Positions 28,155 through 37,146 of a DNA stretch of 54,083 nucleotides are shown here, in pieces. The stretch spans positions 1 through 54,083 of the forward strand of contig VFJJ01000176.1 in the NCBI GenBank assembly GCA_009886115.1. The letters are read 5' to 3'. Below the pieces are notes generated by a model that saw nothing but the letters and a program-made list of their open reading frames with translations, was not told the DNA's origin and did not search any database. The DNA is from Actinomycetota bacterium (GTDB taxonomy: Bacteria; Actinomycetota; Acidimicrobiia; IMCC26256; VFJJ01). The position numbers and the translations under genes were made by a program. How positions within the stretch are numbered: position 1 is the first letter of the stretch; every line of letters starts with the position of its first letter.

Positions 28155-29783
28155 TTACCCCCGCTCGGCGGCCCGGAAGTCGTCGGTCGGCGTGATGCAC
28201 ATGCCCTCGGCGTACGGGAAGTCCCGCGGGCACGGGTACTCGAACACCAAGGTGTGCACGGCATCGGGCGCCGAGGTCTTACCCGGGACGAGCGTCGCCG
28301 GAAGCATGCCGTTCACGTCGATCGGGCCCAGGTTGGCGAGCGCGGCATAGATCTCGTCACGGGTGGGGTTGTCGCCGGCGTCGTAGATCGCCCGGGCTAC
28401 GAGGCGCACCTCGGCGCACACCGTGAGCGTCATGCCCCATGCGCCGGTCTCAGCCTGCGATTCCGGCGTGTGGCTGTTGCCTCCCGCGCTGTACTGGTCG
28501 TAGGTGTCGTGGCACATCGCCTCGAACGGCAACTCGTCGAAGCCGTCGATGCGGTAGCCCCCCGTGTCGGCGTCGTCGACGATGACGGCACCGTTGTAGA
28601 GCTCGCCGGCGGCCTCGCCCCCGAAGGTGAGGATCTTGCTCGACACCAGCTCGCCGGCCTGCGAGTTGACGTCGGAGGCATAGAACTGGATCGATCCCGG
28701 TGTCGCACCCTGAGCCAGAAGCTCGTTGAGGTACTGCGGCCAGCTGATCACGTTCAGGGTGTTGAACACCGCGGTGACACCGGCGTCGAGCATGTTCGAC
28801 ACCGAGTCCTGCAATCCTTCGGTGCACGTGGACGACCCGGCGCAGCCGAGCGTGTCGTACACCGCCACCTCGAGGCCGGCATCCTCGAGCACGTCCACGA
28901 GACCTCCCTGGACGGCCTCCGGGATCCCCGGCGTGTCGGGCTGAACCACGCCGATGACCTGATCCTCGAGGGCGCCCGACTCGATGAGGTCCTGCGCCAC
29001 GAAGCGCAGGCTCTCCTCCTGGGTCGGCGACAACGAGACCAGACGGTCCTCACCACGGGCCATGTACTCCTCGGACTGGCCCTGCGTGGAGATGAACGCG
29101 ACCCCAGCTTCTTCGACCAGGCACAGGTTGGCCGAGCCCTGGAAACCCGTGGAGTTCATGACGATCACACCCGGGCTGTCTTCGGTCGCCTCGATGCACG
29201 CAGCGTTGCGCAGGGCGTCGATGTCGGCCCCGCCGCCGCCCAGAGCGTCGACCTCGACGAGCTTCAGGTCGATCTGACGGCCCCGGATGCCACCACAGTC
29301 GTTGATGGCTTCTACGAACGCCTGGAACATGTCGACCGTGTCACCCACGGGCACGGCGAAGCCGATGCCCTCGAGCTGCTCGAGCCGGGAACGCAGGTGG
29401 ACCAACGTGATCGCCTCGGCCGTGATCCCGTCGTCGGTGTCGGTCAACTCGGCTGCCGGATCGTGAGCGACACAGAACGACTCGAGCGACTGGAACGGGT
29501 GGGTGCGGTCGAAGGTCGTCTGGAACTCGGCCAGGATCCCTCCGCGCGGATCGTCGAAGACCCCCTCACCGAGGGGAGCGACCGTCGTGTCAGTGACGGT
29601 CGCCGCTGTCGTCGTGGCCGGAGCGTCGGAGCCGGCCGTGGTCTCGGGGGTTGTCGGCGCGGTAGACGCCTGGCTCGTTTCAGTCGGCTCCTGAGCGTCG
29701 TCGTCGTCGTCGTCGGCGCACGCAGTCGCCATGAGAGACATCGTGATGAGGACAACAGCAGCACGGCGTGACCAGCGACCCAT
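28155..29783 (-). CDS. ABC substrate-binding lipoprotein, type I PBP (LivJ-like)
   Basis: Lipobox MATAC with an acidic/Thr linker; GITAEAITL, INDCGGIRGRQI, AACIEATED, AGDNPTR. Confidence 0.8.
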   Translation of the reverse strand: MGRWSRRAAVVLITMSLMATACADDDDDDAQEPTETSQASTAPTTPETTAGSDAPATTTAATVTDTTVAPLGEGVFDDPRGGILAEFQTTFDRTHPFQSLESFCVAHDPAAELTDTDDGITAEAITLVHLRSRLEQLEGIGFAVPVGDTVDMFQAFVEAINDCGGIRGRQIDLKLVEVDALGGGGADIDALRNAACIEATEDSPGVIVMNSTGFQGSANLCLVEEAGVAFISTQGQSEEYMARGEDRLVSLSPTQEESLRFVAQDLIESGALEDQVIGVVQPDTPGIPEAVQGGLVDVLEDAGLEVAVYDTLGCAGSSTCTEGLQDSVSNMLDAGVTAVFNTLNVISWPQYLNELLAQGATPGSIQFYASDVNSQAGELVSSKILTFGGEAAGELYNGAVIVDDADTGGYRIDGFDELPFEAMCHDTYDQYSAGGNSHTPESQAETGAWGMTLTVCAEVRLVARAIYDAGDNPTRDEIYAALANLGPIDVNGMLPATLVPGKTSAPDAVHTLVFEYPCPRDFPYAEGMCITPTDDFRAAERG

Positions 29784-29911
29784 GTCGATCTCTCCCCCTG
29801 ATGGACCGGCAATCGGCCCCTCGGCGGGACACTAGCCGCCTCCTCGGTGATGCGTCTCTGACCCGGCGCACTTCCCGCACGCCACGATCGACCGCTCGGC
29901 CCGACGACCTC

Positions 29912-30064
29912 GTGAGCACCGCGATCCTGTTGACCGCGCTCGCGGCCGCGGCGCTGATCTGGCTCCTCCACGGTCGTACCTCCGTCGAGCGGGCCTACAC
30001 GCTCGGCGTCACGCTCGGAGTGGCTGCGGTCGGCAGCCTCGCCTACGTGGTGCTCACCGGCTGA
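29912..30064 (+). CDS. small hydrophobic protein (about 50 aa, 2 TM)
   Basis: GTG start; MSTAILLTALAAAALIWLLHG...LGVTLGVAAVGSLAYVVLTG with GC3-rich codons. Confidence 0.45.
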   Translation: MSTAILLTALAAAALIWLLHGRTSVERAYTLGVTLGVAAVGSLAYVVLTG

Positions 30065-30237
30065 GCCGCACAGAGACCCGTTCCTCGAGCTCCCCGACCC
30101 CAGCCCGCTCCCGCATCTCCACGACGTCGCCCACCAACGGCACGCCACGCGGCCGCGGACCCTCAGGATCACGCCGGTTCCCCACTCGGTCCGAGTCTCT
30201 CGGGCTATGGTCACGCTCCCACGACGAGGGGGGCGAA

Positions 30238-32433
30238 GTGGCGCTCGATCACGACGATCCCGGGGCGCTGGCTGCAGCGGTCCTGGACGAAGAGGCGCGA
30301 CGCCAGGCCGAGGAGGACGCGCGTTCGGCGGCCGTGGTGCTCCCCGACGATCTGCTTCCCGGCGTGGGCGCCGCTCCCATGTCGCTGCGGGCCGCCTTGC
30401 GCACCGGCGGTCCAGGCATGGTCATCGTCATGCTCCTCCTCCACTTCGTCGACGAGCTCCCGCGCACGATCCGCGTCCTTGCTCCCGACATCCAGGACAC
30501 GCTCGGCGTGAGCGACACCACGCTGCTCGGCGTCCTGGGATTCGGTGGCGTCACCCTGGTGCTCGGCGCCGTGCCCATGGCTGCGTTGGCCGATCGGGTC
30601 AAGCGGGTGGCCATCATCCCGGTCGCGGCGCTGTTCTGGGCCGTGTTCATGTTCCTGTGCGGGACGGTGGCCAACGCCTTCCAGCTCTTCGTGGCCAACG
30701 CCTTCGTGGGTCTCGGTCTGGCCCATCGGATCCCCGTGTCGAGCTCACTGCTCGCCGACACGTACCCGATCGAGGCCCGCAGCCGGGTGTTCGCCCTCGA
30801 GAACATGGGCCGACCACTTGCGCATCTCACCGGGCCGCTGATCGTCGCCGGCATCGCAACCGCCGCCGGCGGCGACGAAGGCTGGCGATGGGCCTTCTAC
30901 GCGCTGGCGATCCCTCCGGTCATCATGGCCTTCGTCGCGTTGATCCTGCGCGAGCCACCGCGTGGTCGCTTCGAGCAGGAGGCGGTGTTCGGGCACACGC
31001 TCGACCGGGCCGAGGAGCTTCCGGTCTCGATCGGGACGGCCTTCGCCCGTCTCAAGAAGGTGCGGACCTTTTATTACCTCTGTGTCGGCGTCGGCGTCCT
31101 CGGCTTCGCCCTGATCGCCATTCCCGTCCAGTTCAACCTGCTCCTCGAGGACCACTACGGATACGAGGCGATCGATCGCGGCATCATCGAGTCGCTCCTC
31201 TGGCTGATGTCGTTGCTCGTGCTCCCTGTCGCCGGGAGGGTGTTCGACGCCCGCTTCCGGCGCGATCCGTCGGCCGTCATGCGACTCGCCGGCATCCTCG
31301 TCATCAGCGCGGGCGTGCTCTACCTGATCGGGCTACGGCTCGAGCCGATCGCTCCGCTCGTTGTGTTCCTCGGCCTGGCCCAAGCGTGCATCTCGGCGTC
31401 GTTCATCGCCGCGCCTGCGATCATCTCTGCCGTCGCCCCGTATCGAATCCGAGCCCAGGCCTTCGCGCTCCTCCCCGTGTTCGTGTTCCTGATGGGCGGA
31501 TTCCTCGGGGGCCTCCTCGTCGGCCAGGTGTCCGACGCGTACGGCGAGCGAACGGCGATGACCGTCGTCGGACCGGCTGCGGCCCTCATCGCCGGGCTGC
31601 TCATCGTGTACGGGGCCCGCTTCATCAGGGCCGACATATCGCTCGCGGTCGCCGAGCTCCTGGAGGAGCAGGAAGAGATGCAGCGCATCCGCGAACAGCC
31701 CGACGACGTTCCCGTGCTGCAGGTGCGCAACCTCGACTACAGCTACGGGCCGGTGCAGGTGCTCTTCGACGTGGCGATCGACGTTCGCGAGGGCGAGGTG
31801 CTGGCCCTGCTCGGCACGAACGGCGCCGGCAAGTCGACCCTCCTGCGCGCCGTGTCGGGCCTGGGGATCCCCGATCGCGGCGTTGTGCGACTCCGCGGGC
31901 GGACGATCACCTACGTCGAGGCCGAGCTGCGCTTCGCGGCGGGGATCGTCCAACTCCGTGGCGGCAACGGCATCTTCGCCGAGCTCACGATCGCCGAGAA
32001 CCTGCGAGCCTCGTTGCTGGCGGCCGATCTCAGCCGGGCCGAGGTCGACGAGCGGATCGCCGAAGCGCTCGGGACGTTCCCCGTGCTCGCCGATCGGCTC
32101 GGTGAGCGGGCCGGCGACCTCTCGGGTGGCCAGCAACAGATGCTGGCGTTGGCGATGGCCCTGATGCACCGTCCCGAGATCCTGCTCATCGACGAGTTGA
32201 GCCTGGGCCTGGCCCCGCTCGTGGTGCAGGAGCTCCTGAGGGTCATCGAGCGGTTGAAGGCCAAGGGCCAGACCATGATCATCGTCGAGCAGTCGCTGAA
32301 CGTCGCGCTCTCGATCGCCGATCGAGCGGTGTTCATGGAGAAGGGCCGAGTCCGGTTCGAGGGTCCGGCCCGCGAGCTCCTCGAGCGTGACGATCTCGCC
32401 CGGGCGGTGTTCCTCGGGGGCGAAGGCGGATGA
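30238..32433 (+). CDS. MFS transporter fused to a LivF-type ABC ATPase
   Basis: MFS motifs LADRVKR, LLADTYP, GWRWAF, GQVSDAYGER; then GTNGAGKST, LSGGQQQM, IDELSLGLAP, IVEQS. Confidence 0.9.
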   Translation: MALDHDDPGALAAAVLDEEARRQAEEDARSAAVVLPDDLLPGVGAAPMSLRAALRTGGPGMVIVMLLLHFVDELPRTIRVLAPDIQDTLGVSDTTLLGVLGFGGVTLVLGAVPMAALADRVKRVAIIPVAALFWAVFMFLCGTVANAFQLFVANAFVGLGLAHRIPVSSSLLADTYPIEARSRVFALENMGRPLAHLTGPLIVAGIATAAGGDEGWRWAFYALAIPPVIMAFVALILREPPRGRFEQEAVFGHTLDRAEELPVSIGTAFARLKKVRTFYYLCVGVGVLGFALIAIPVQFNLLLEDHYGYEAIDRGIIESLLWLMSLLVLPVAGRVFDARFRRDPSAVMRLAGILVISAGVLYLIGLRLEPIAPLVVFLGLAQACISASFIAAPAIISAVAPYRIRAQAFALLPVFVFLMGGFLGGLLVGQVSDAYGERTAMTVVGPAAALIAGLLIVYGARFIRADISLAVAELLEEQEEMQRIREQPDDVPVLQVRNLDYSYGPVQVLFDVAIDVREGEVLALLGTNGAGKSTLLRAVSGLGIPDRGVVRLRGRTITYVEAELRFAAGIVQLRGGNGIFAELTIAENLRASLLAADLSRAEVDERIAEALGTFPVLADRLGERAGDLSGGQQQMLALAMALMHRPEILLIDELSLGLAPLVVQELLRVIERLKAKGQTMIIVEQSLNVALSIADRAVFMEKGRVRFEGPARELLERDDLARAVFLGGEGG

Positions 32434-35297
32434 TCGAGCTGTTCGGCGCGGCGATCAGCCAGCAGGACGTCGTCATCGGCCTCGTCACCGGGTTGACCTA
32501 TGCCGCGTTCGCAGCCGGGTTCATCCTCGTGTACCGCTCGACCGGGGTGTTGAACTTCGCCCACGGCGAGACCGGCGCGTTCTGCGTGGCCCTCTTCGTG
32601 ATGCTCGTCGTCAACTACGACGTGAACTGGTGGTTCGCGTTCGGGCTCTCGGTGCTGGCCGGGGCGGCCATCGGGATGGTCACCGAGTTGGTGGTGATCA
32701 GGCGCCTCTTCGACGCTCCCCGCCTCGTGTTGCTGATCGCGACGATCGGCATGAGCCAGGTGCTGGTGTTCTCCAAGATCAGCCTGCCCAAGGTCGTGAC
32801 GGGCGGTTCGATCCCGTTGCCCTTCGACGTGATCTGGGAACCCACCGACGATCTGCGCATCCTGTCGCGTGAGCTGGTCGTGGTCCTGGTGGTACCGACG
32901 CTCATCGCGGCGTTGGCCCTGTTCATGACCCGCACCCGCTTCGGCCTGGCGGTGCGTGCCTCGGCCAGCAACCCCGACACGGCCCGGGTGTTCGGTACCA
33001 GCCCTCGACGGACCTCGACGATCGTGTGGACGATCTCCGGTGCGCTGGCGGCCACGACGGCGATCCTCATCGCCCCGCTCCAGGGGATCAACGCGGCGCA
33101 AGCCGGGACGGCAGCGATCGCGGAACCGTTGCTCCTGCGGGTGCTTGCCGTGTCGTTGTTGGCCCGGATGCGGTCGTTGCCGCGGGCGCTGGCCGCCGGG
33201 CTCGCTGTCGGCGCGATCGAACAGGTCGTACGGTCGAACGTCGAGTCGTCCAATCGCTCGATCATCGACCTGTATCTCTTCGGGGCCGTGCTCGTCGTGG
33301 TCTTGTACTCGGGCCGGTCCCGCATCGACGACTCGTGGTCGTTGTCGCCGCGCACCCGACCGGTGCCCGAGCGACTCCGCAGCGTGTGGTGGGTCGCGCA
33401 CCTCTCGACCATCGGGTTCGTCGTGTTGTTCGGGTTCTTCGCCCTGCTGCCCCTCCTGGTCACGTCGCCGAGCGGGACGTTCATCTGGACGAACATCCTC
33501 GTCTGGTCGATGGTCACGTTGTCGGTCACGGTGCTCACCGGGTGGGCCGGCCAGCTCTCGCTCGGCCAGTTCGCGCTCGTGGGCGTGGGCGGTCTCACCA
33601 CGCTGGCGCTCACCGCCGGTCACGACATCCCGATGCCGTTCAACCTCTTCGACGCCGACGTCGAGCTCCCATGGCTGCTTGCCCTCCTGGGAGGCACCGC
33701 GGTCGGGATCGTGATGGCCGTCCTGGTGGGACTGCCGGCCCTGCGGGTCAAGGGCCTGTTCCTGGCGGTCACCACGCTGGCGTTCGCCGTGGCCGCGGCG
33801 AGCTGGCTGTTCATCCAGGATTTCTTCACCGGCGGGACGTCTTCACCACGCCCCCCGGCCAAGCCCGTCGTCGACTGGGGACCGATCGAGATCGACTTCA
33901 ACGAGTCACGCCGGGCCTACTACTACCTGTGTCTCGTCGCCCTGGGTGTCGCAGCCGTCATGGTCGGTCGCCTCCGCCGCACCGGATCGGGTCGGTCGAT
34001 GATCGCCGTCCGCGAGAACGAGGACATGGCCGCAGCGTCCACCGTGTCGCCGACCCGGATGAAGTTGACGGCGTTCGCGCTCTCCGGAGGAATCGCGGCG
34101 TTCGCTGGCGGTCTCTTCGTGACGCTGCAACCGTCGCTGCAACCGACGAGCCTGTTCCAAGCCCGCGAGTCGCTCGACGTTGTGGCCACCGCGATCATCG
34201 GCGGGCTCGGCACCGTCGCCGGTCCGATGCTGGGCACCCTCTGGGTACGGGGCCTGCCCGAGATCATCCCGCAAGAGCTCGACGATCTGGTGCGTCTGCT
34301 CACCAGCGACATCGGCTTGCTGCTCCTGCTCATGTACTTCCCGGGCGGGCTGTTGCAGGTCGTCTACAAGCTCCGGGACCTGGCGTTCGACCACGCCCAG
34401 CGACGCCTCCCCGAGGTGTCGACCACGGGTGTCGCCGCCGTCGCCCGGCCCGTTCCCACGCGGCCGGCGCGACCGATCGCGGCTGCGGGCGTCTCCACCT
34501 CGGGACCCGCGCTCGACGTTCGGGACGTGACGGTGCGTTTCGGCGGCAACGTCGCGGTGTCCTCGGTGTCGTTGCAGGTTCAGCGGGGAGAGCTCGTGGG
34601 GCTCATCGGCACGAACGGTGCCGGCAAGTCGACCCTGTTGAACGCCATCAGCGGGTTCGTGCGCTCGACCGGGCACATCGAGGTGCTGGGAACCGACGTG
34701 TCGTCGATGTCGGCTGCTCGTCGCCACGCCGAGGGTCTCGGGCGTGGCTTCCAATCCGCCCGCCTCTATCCCGACCTCACCGTGCGGGAATCGATCATGG
34801 TGGCACTCGAAGCGCGGGAGCGATCACTGCTCGTGCCCTCCATGACCGGGCTGCCACCATCGCCACGTGCGGAACGCCGCAAGCGGGCCGAGGCCGACGA
34901 GCTCGTGAACTATCTCGGGCTCGGACGCTACGCCGACCACTACATCGCCAACCTCTCGACGGGGACGCGGCGCATCGTGGAGCTCGGCAGCCTCCTCGCC
35001 GTCGACGCCCGGGTGCTGTTGCTCGACGAGCCCACCGGCGGGATCGCGCAACGCGAGACCGAGGCGTTCGGGCCGCTCATCAAGCGCATCCAACGCGAGC
35101 TCGACGCGGCCGTGCTCGTGATCGAGCACGACATGCCGCTGATCATGGCGATCAGCGACCGTGTCTACTGCCTCGAAGCCGGGACGGTGATCGCCGAGGG
35201 CACCCCCGACGTCATCCGCCACGACCCCGCCGTCGTGGCGTCGTACCTGGGAACCGACGACCGGGCGATCGACCGGAGTGACGCGACGCGAGCGTGA
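32430..35297 (+). CDS. fused LivH-LivM-LivG ABC permease/ATPase
   Basis: GVLNFAHG (LivH), GWAGQLSLGQ and PALRVKGLFLAVTTLAF (LivM), GTNGAGKST, LLDEP, IEHDM (LivG). Confidence 0.92.
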   Translation: MIELFGAAISQQDVVIGLVTGLTYAAFAAGFILVYRSTGVLNFAHGETGAFCVALFVMLVVNYDVNWWFAFGLSVLAGAAIGMVTELVVIRRLFDAPRLVLLIATIGMSQVLVFSKISLPKVVTGGSIPLPFDVIWEPTDDLRILSRELVVVLVVPTLIAALALFMTRTRFGLAVRASASNPDTARVFGTSPRRTSTIVWTISGALAATTAILIAPLQGINAAQAGTAAIAEPLLLRVLAVSLLARMRSLPRALAAGLAVGAIEQVVRSNVESSNRSIIDLYLFGAVLVVVLYSGRSRIDDSWSLSPRTRPVPERLRSVWWVAHLSTIGFVVLFGFFALLPLLVTSPSGTFIWTNILVWSMVTLSVTVLTGWAGQLSLGQFALVGVGGLTTLALTAGHDIPMPFNLFDADVELPWLLALLGGTAVGIVMAVLVGLPALRVKGLFLAVTTLAFAVAAASWLFIQDFFTGGTSSPRPPAKPVVDWGPIEIDFNESRRAYYYLCLVALGVAAVMVGRLRRTGSGRSMIAVRENEDMAAASTVSPTRMKLTAFALSGGIAAFAGGLFVTLQPSLQPTSLFQARESLDVVATAIIGGLGTVAGPMLGTLWVRGLPEIIPQELDDLVRLLTSDIGLLLLLMYFPGGLLQVVYKLRDLAFDHAQRRLPEVSTTGVAAVARPVPTRPARPIAAAGVSTSGPALDVRDVTVRFGGNVAVSSVSLQVQRGELVGLIGTNGAGKSTLLNAISGFVRSTGHIEVLGTDVSSMSAARRHAEGLGRGFQSARLYPDLTVRESIMVALEARERSLLVPSMTGLPPSPRAERRKRAEADELVNYLGLGRYADHYIANLSTGTRRIVELGSLLAVDARVLLLDEPTGGIAQRETEAFGPLIKRIQRELDAAVLVIEHDMPLIMAISDRVYCLEAGTVIAEGTPDVIRHDPAVVASYLGTDDRAIDRSDATRA

Positions 35298-35342
35298 GCT
35301 CCTCTTCGTGTCGGCGCCGACGGCGGCGCCGATGCCCCGACC

Positions 35343-35394
35343 CCGTTCTTTGTGTCCAGCACCGCCACTGCGATGACCGGGGACGCAAAGAACG
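35343..35394. repeat. REP-like palindromic element, copy 1
   Basis: CGTTCTTTGTGTCC ... GGACGCAAAGAACG (14 bp, 1 mismatch); 22/23 identity with 40165-40187. Confidence 0.75.
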
Positions 35395-35448
35395 ACGGGG
35401 GTCCGGAGGAGGGATCGCCACCCTGATCCACTCATCTAGCATCGGGTC

Positions 35449-37125
35449 GTGCCTACCGTCTTCGGGATCGACCTCGGAACCACCTACTCGTGCATCGCCC
35501 GGGTCGGGGCCGATGGCCGGCCCGAGGTGCTGGCCAACCTCGACGGCGAGACCACCGTCCCGTCGGTGGTGCGCTTCACCGGCCCCGACGACTACGTGAC
35601 CGGCACCTCGGCCGCCCGGGAGCAGCGCTCCGATCCCCACAACGTGTGCTCGCTCGTCAAGCGGCGCATGGGCGAGCCGGAATGGCGCTACGTGGCCCAC
35701 GGTCGTGGCTGGACCGCCCCGCAGGTCTCGTCGCTCATCCTGCGTTCGCTGGCGACCGACGCCTCGTTCATCGCCGGGGAGACCGTGCAGGAGGTCATCA
35801 TCACCGTCCCGGCCTACTTCGGCGACGAGGAACGGCGAGCCACCAAGCGCGCGGGCGAGTTCGCCGGGCTCACCGTCGTCGACATCATCAACGAGCCCAC
35901 GGCCGCGGCCATCGCCCACGGGCTGCTCGAGTCCGATGCGGTCGTGCGCGGCGGCACCCGCCAGACCGTGCTCGTGTACGACCTGGGCGGCGGGACGTTC
36001 GACATCACGATCATCGAGCTGGCCGGCGGGGTCATCAACGTGTTGGCCACCGACGGCGATCACGAGCTCGGCGGCGCCGACTGGGACGAGAAGTTGGCCG
36101 TCGAGCTGGCTCGGCGCTTCGTGGCCGAGCATGCCGGGATCGAAGACCCGTTCGACGACTCGTCGGCGACCCAGGCCTTCTTTCTCGCCGCCGAGGCCGC
36201 CAAGCGGGAGCTGTCGAACGCCGACACGGTGACGGTCGACCTCGAGCACGCCGGACGACGCACGACAACGACCGTCACCCGCGCCGACTTCGATCGTCTC
36301 ACCGACACCCTCATGGCCCGCACGATCGACCTCACGCACTCGGCACTGCACCACGCGCGAGCCCGAGGCGTGTACACGATCGACCGTGTGCTGCTCGTGG
36401 GCGGTTCGTCACGCATGCCGCAGGTCGCCAGTCGTTTACGGTCCGAATTCCAGTTCGCACCCGTCCTCACCGATCCCGACCTCGTGGTCGCCAAGGGTGC
36501 CGCCCTCTACGGCCAGAAGAAGGGACTCGAACGCGAGGTCCGCCAGGAGCTGCTGGCGCAACGGCGTATCGACGAGTTCGATCAGGTCGCCGACGCGGCA
36601 CCTCGTGACTTCGACGCCGCCGTCGCCGTCGTGGCTCCCCGCCACGCCATGACGACCGACGAGGTGGCGCGGCTGGTCTCGGTGCAGGTCAACAACGTGC
36701 TGTCACGGGCCTTCGGCGTGGTTGCGCTCGACGAGACCGGCGAGCGGTATGCCCATTTCCTCACGCACCGCAACGAACGGTTGCCCGTGAAGATCAGCGA
36801 GAGCTTCGGGACGGTCGTCGACGACCAGCCCCAGATCCGCTTGGCGGTCGTCGAACAGGCTGGCGGTCTGGAGTCGAGGATCCTCGACGACAACAACGTG
36901 CTCGCCGAGGGTTACATCGACGGCATCCCTCCCGGATACCCCGCGGGCACGAGCGTTTCGGTGACCCTGTTCATGGACTACGACGGCATCCTCCAGGTCA
37001 CCGCCAGTCACGTCGGCGTCGACGAACCCCTGCGGCTGCAGGTGGAGACCGCCACCGCCCGGGACGATCGCATCGCCGCGATCGAGCGGGCCGAGATCGG
37101 CCGCATGCGGCGACAGCCATCCTGA
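35449..37125 (+). CDS. atypical Hsp70/DnaK-family protein (no lid, altered linker)
   Basis: GIDLGTTYS, TVPAYF, INEPTAAA, YDLGGGTFD, LGGADWD, LVGGSSRMP; ends soon after DYDGILQVTA. Confidence 0.92.
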   Translation: MPTVFGIDLGTTYSCIARVGADGRPEVLANLDGETTVPSVVRFTGPDDYVTGTSAAREQRSDPHNVCSLVKRRMGEPEWRYVAHGRGWTAPQVSSLILRSLATDASFIAGETVQEVIITVPAYFGDEERRATKRAGEFAGLTVVDIINEPTAAAIAHGLLESDAVVRGGTRQTVLVYDLGGGTFDITIIELAGGVINVLATDGDHELGGADWDEKLAVELARRFVAEHAGIEDPFDDSSATQAFFLAAEAAKRELSNADTVTVDLEHAGRRTTTTVTRADFDRLTDTLMARTIDLTHSALHHARARGVYTIDRVLLVGGSSRMPQVASRLRSEFQFAPVLTDPDLVVAKGAALYGQKKGLEREVRQELLAQRRIDEFDQVADAAPRDFDAAVAVVAPRHAMTTDEVARLVSVQVNNVLSRAFGVVALDETGERYAHFLTHRNERLPVKISESFGTVVDDQPQIRLAVVEQAGGLESRILDDNNVLAEGYIDGIPPGYPAGTSVSVTLFMDYDGILQVTASHVGVDEPLRLQVETATARDDRIAAIERAEIGRMRRQPS

Positions 37126-37146
37126 GAACGGCCTGAGAACGCAACC

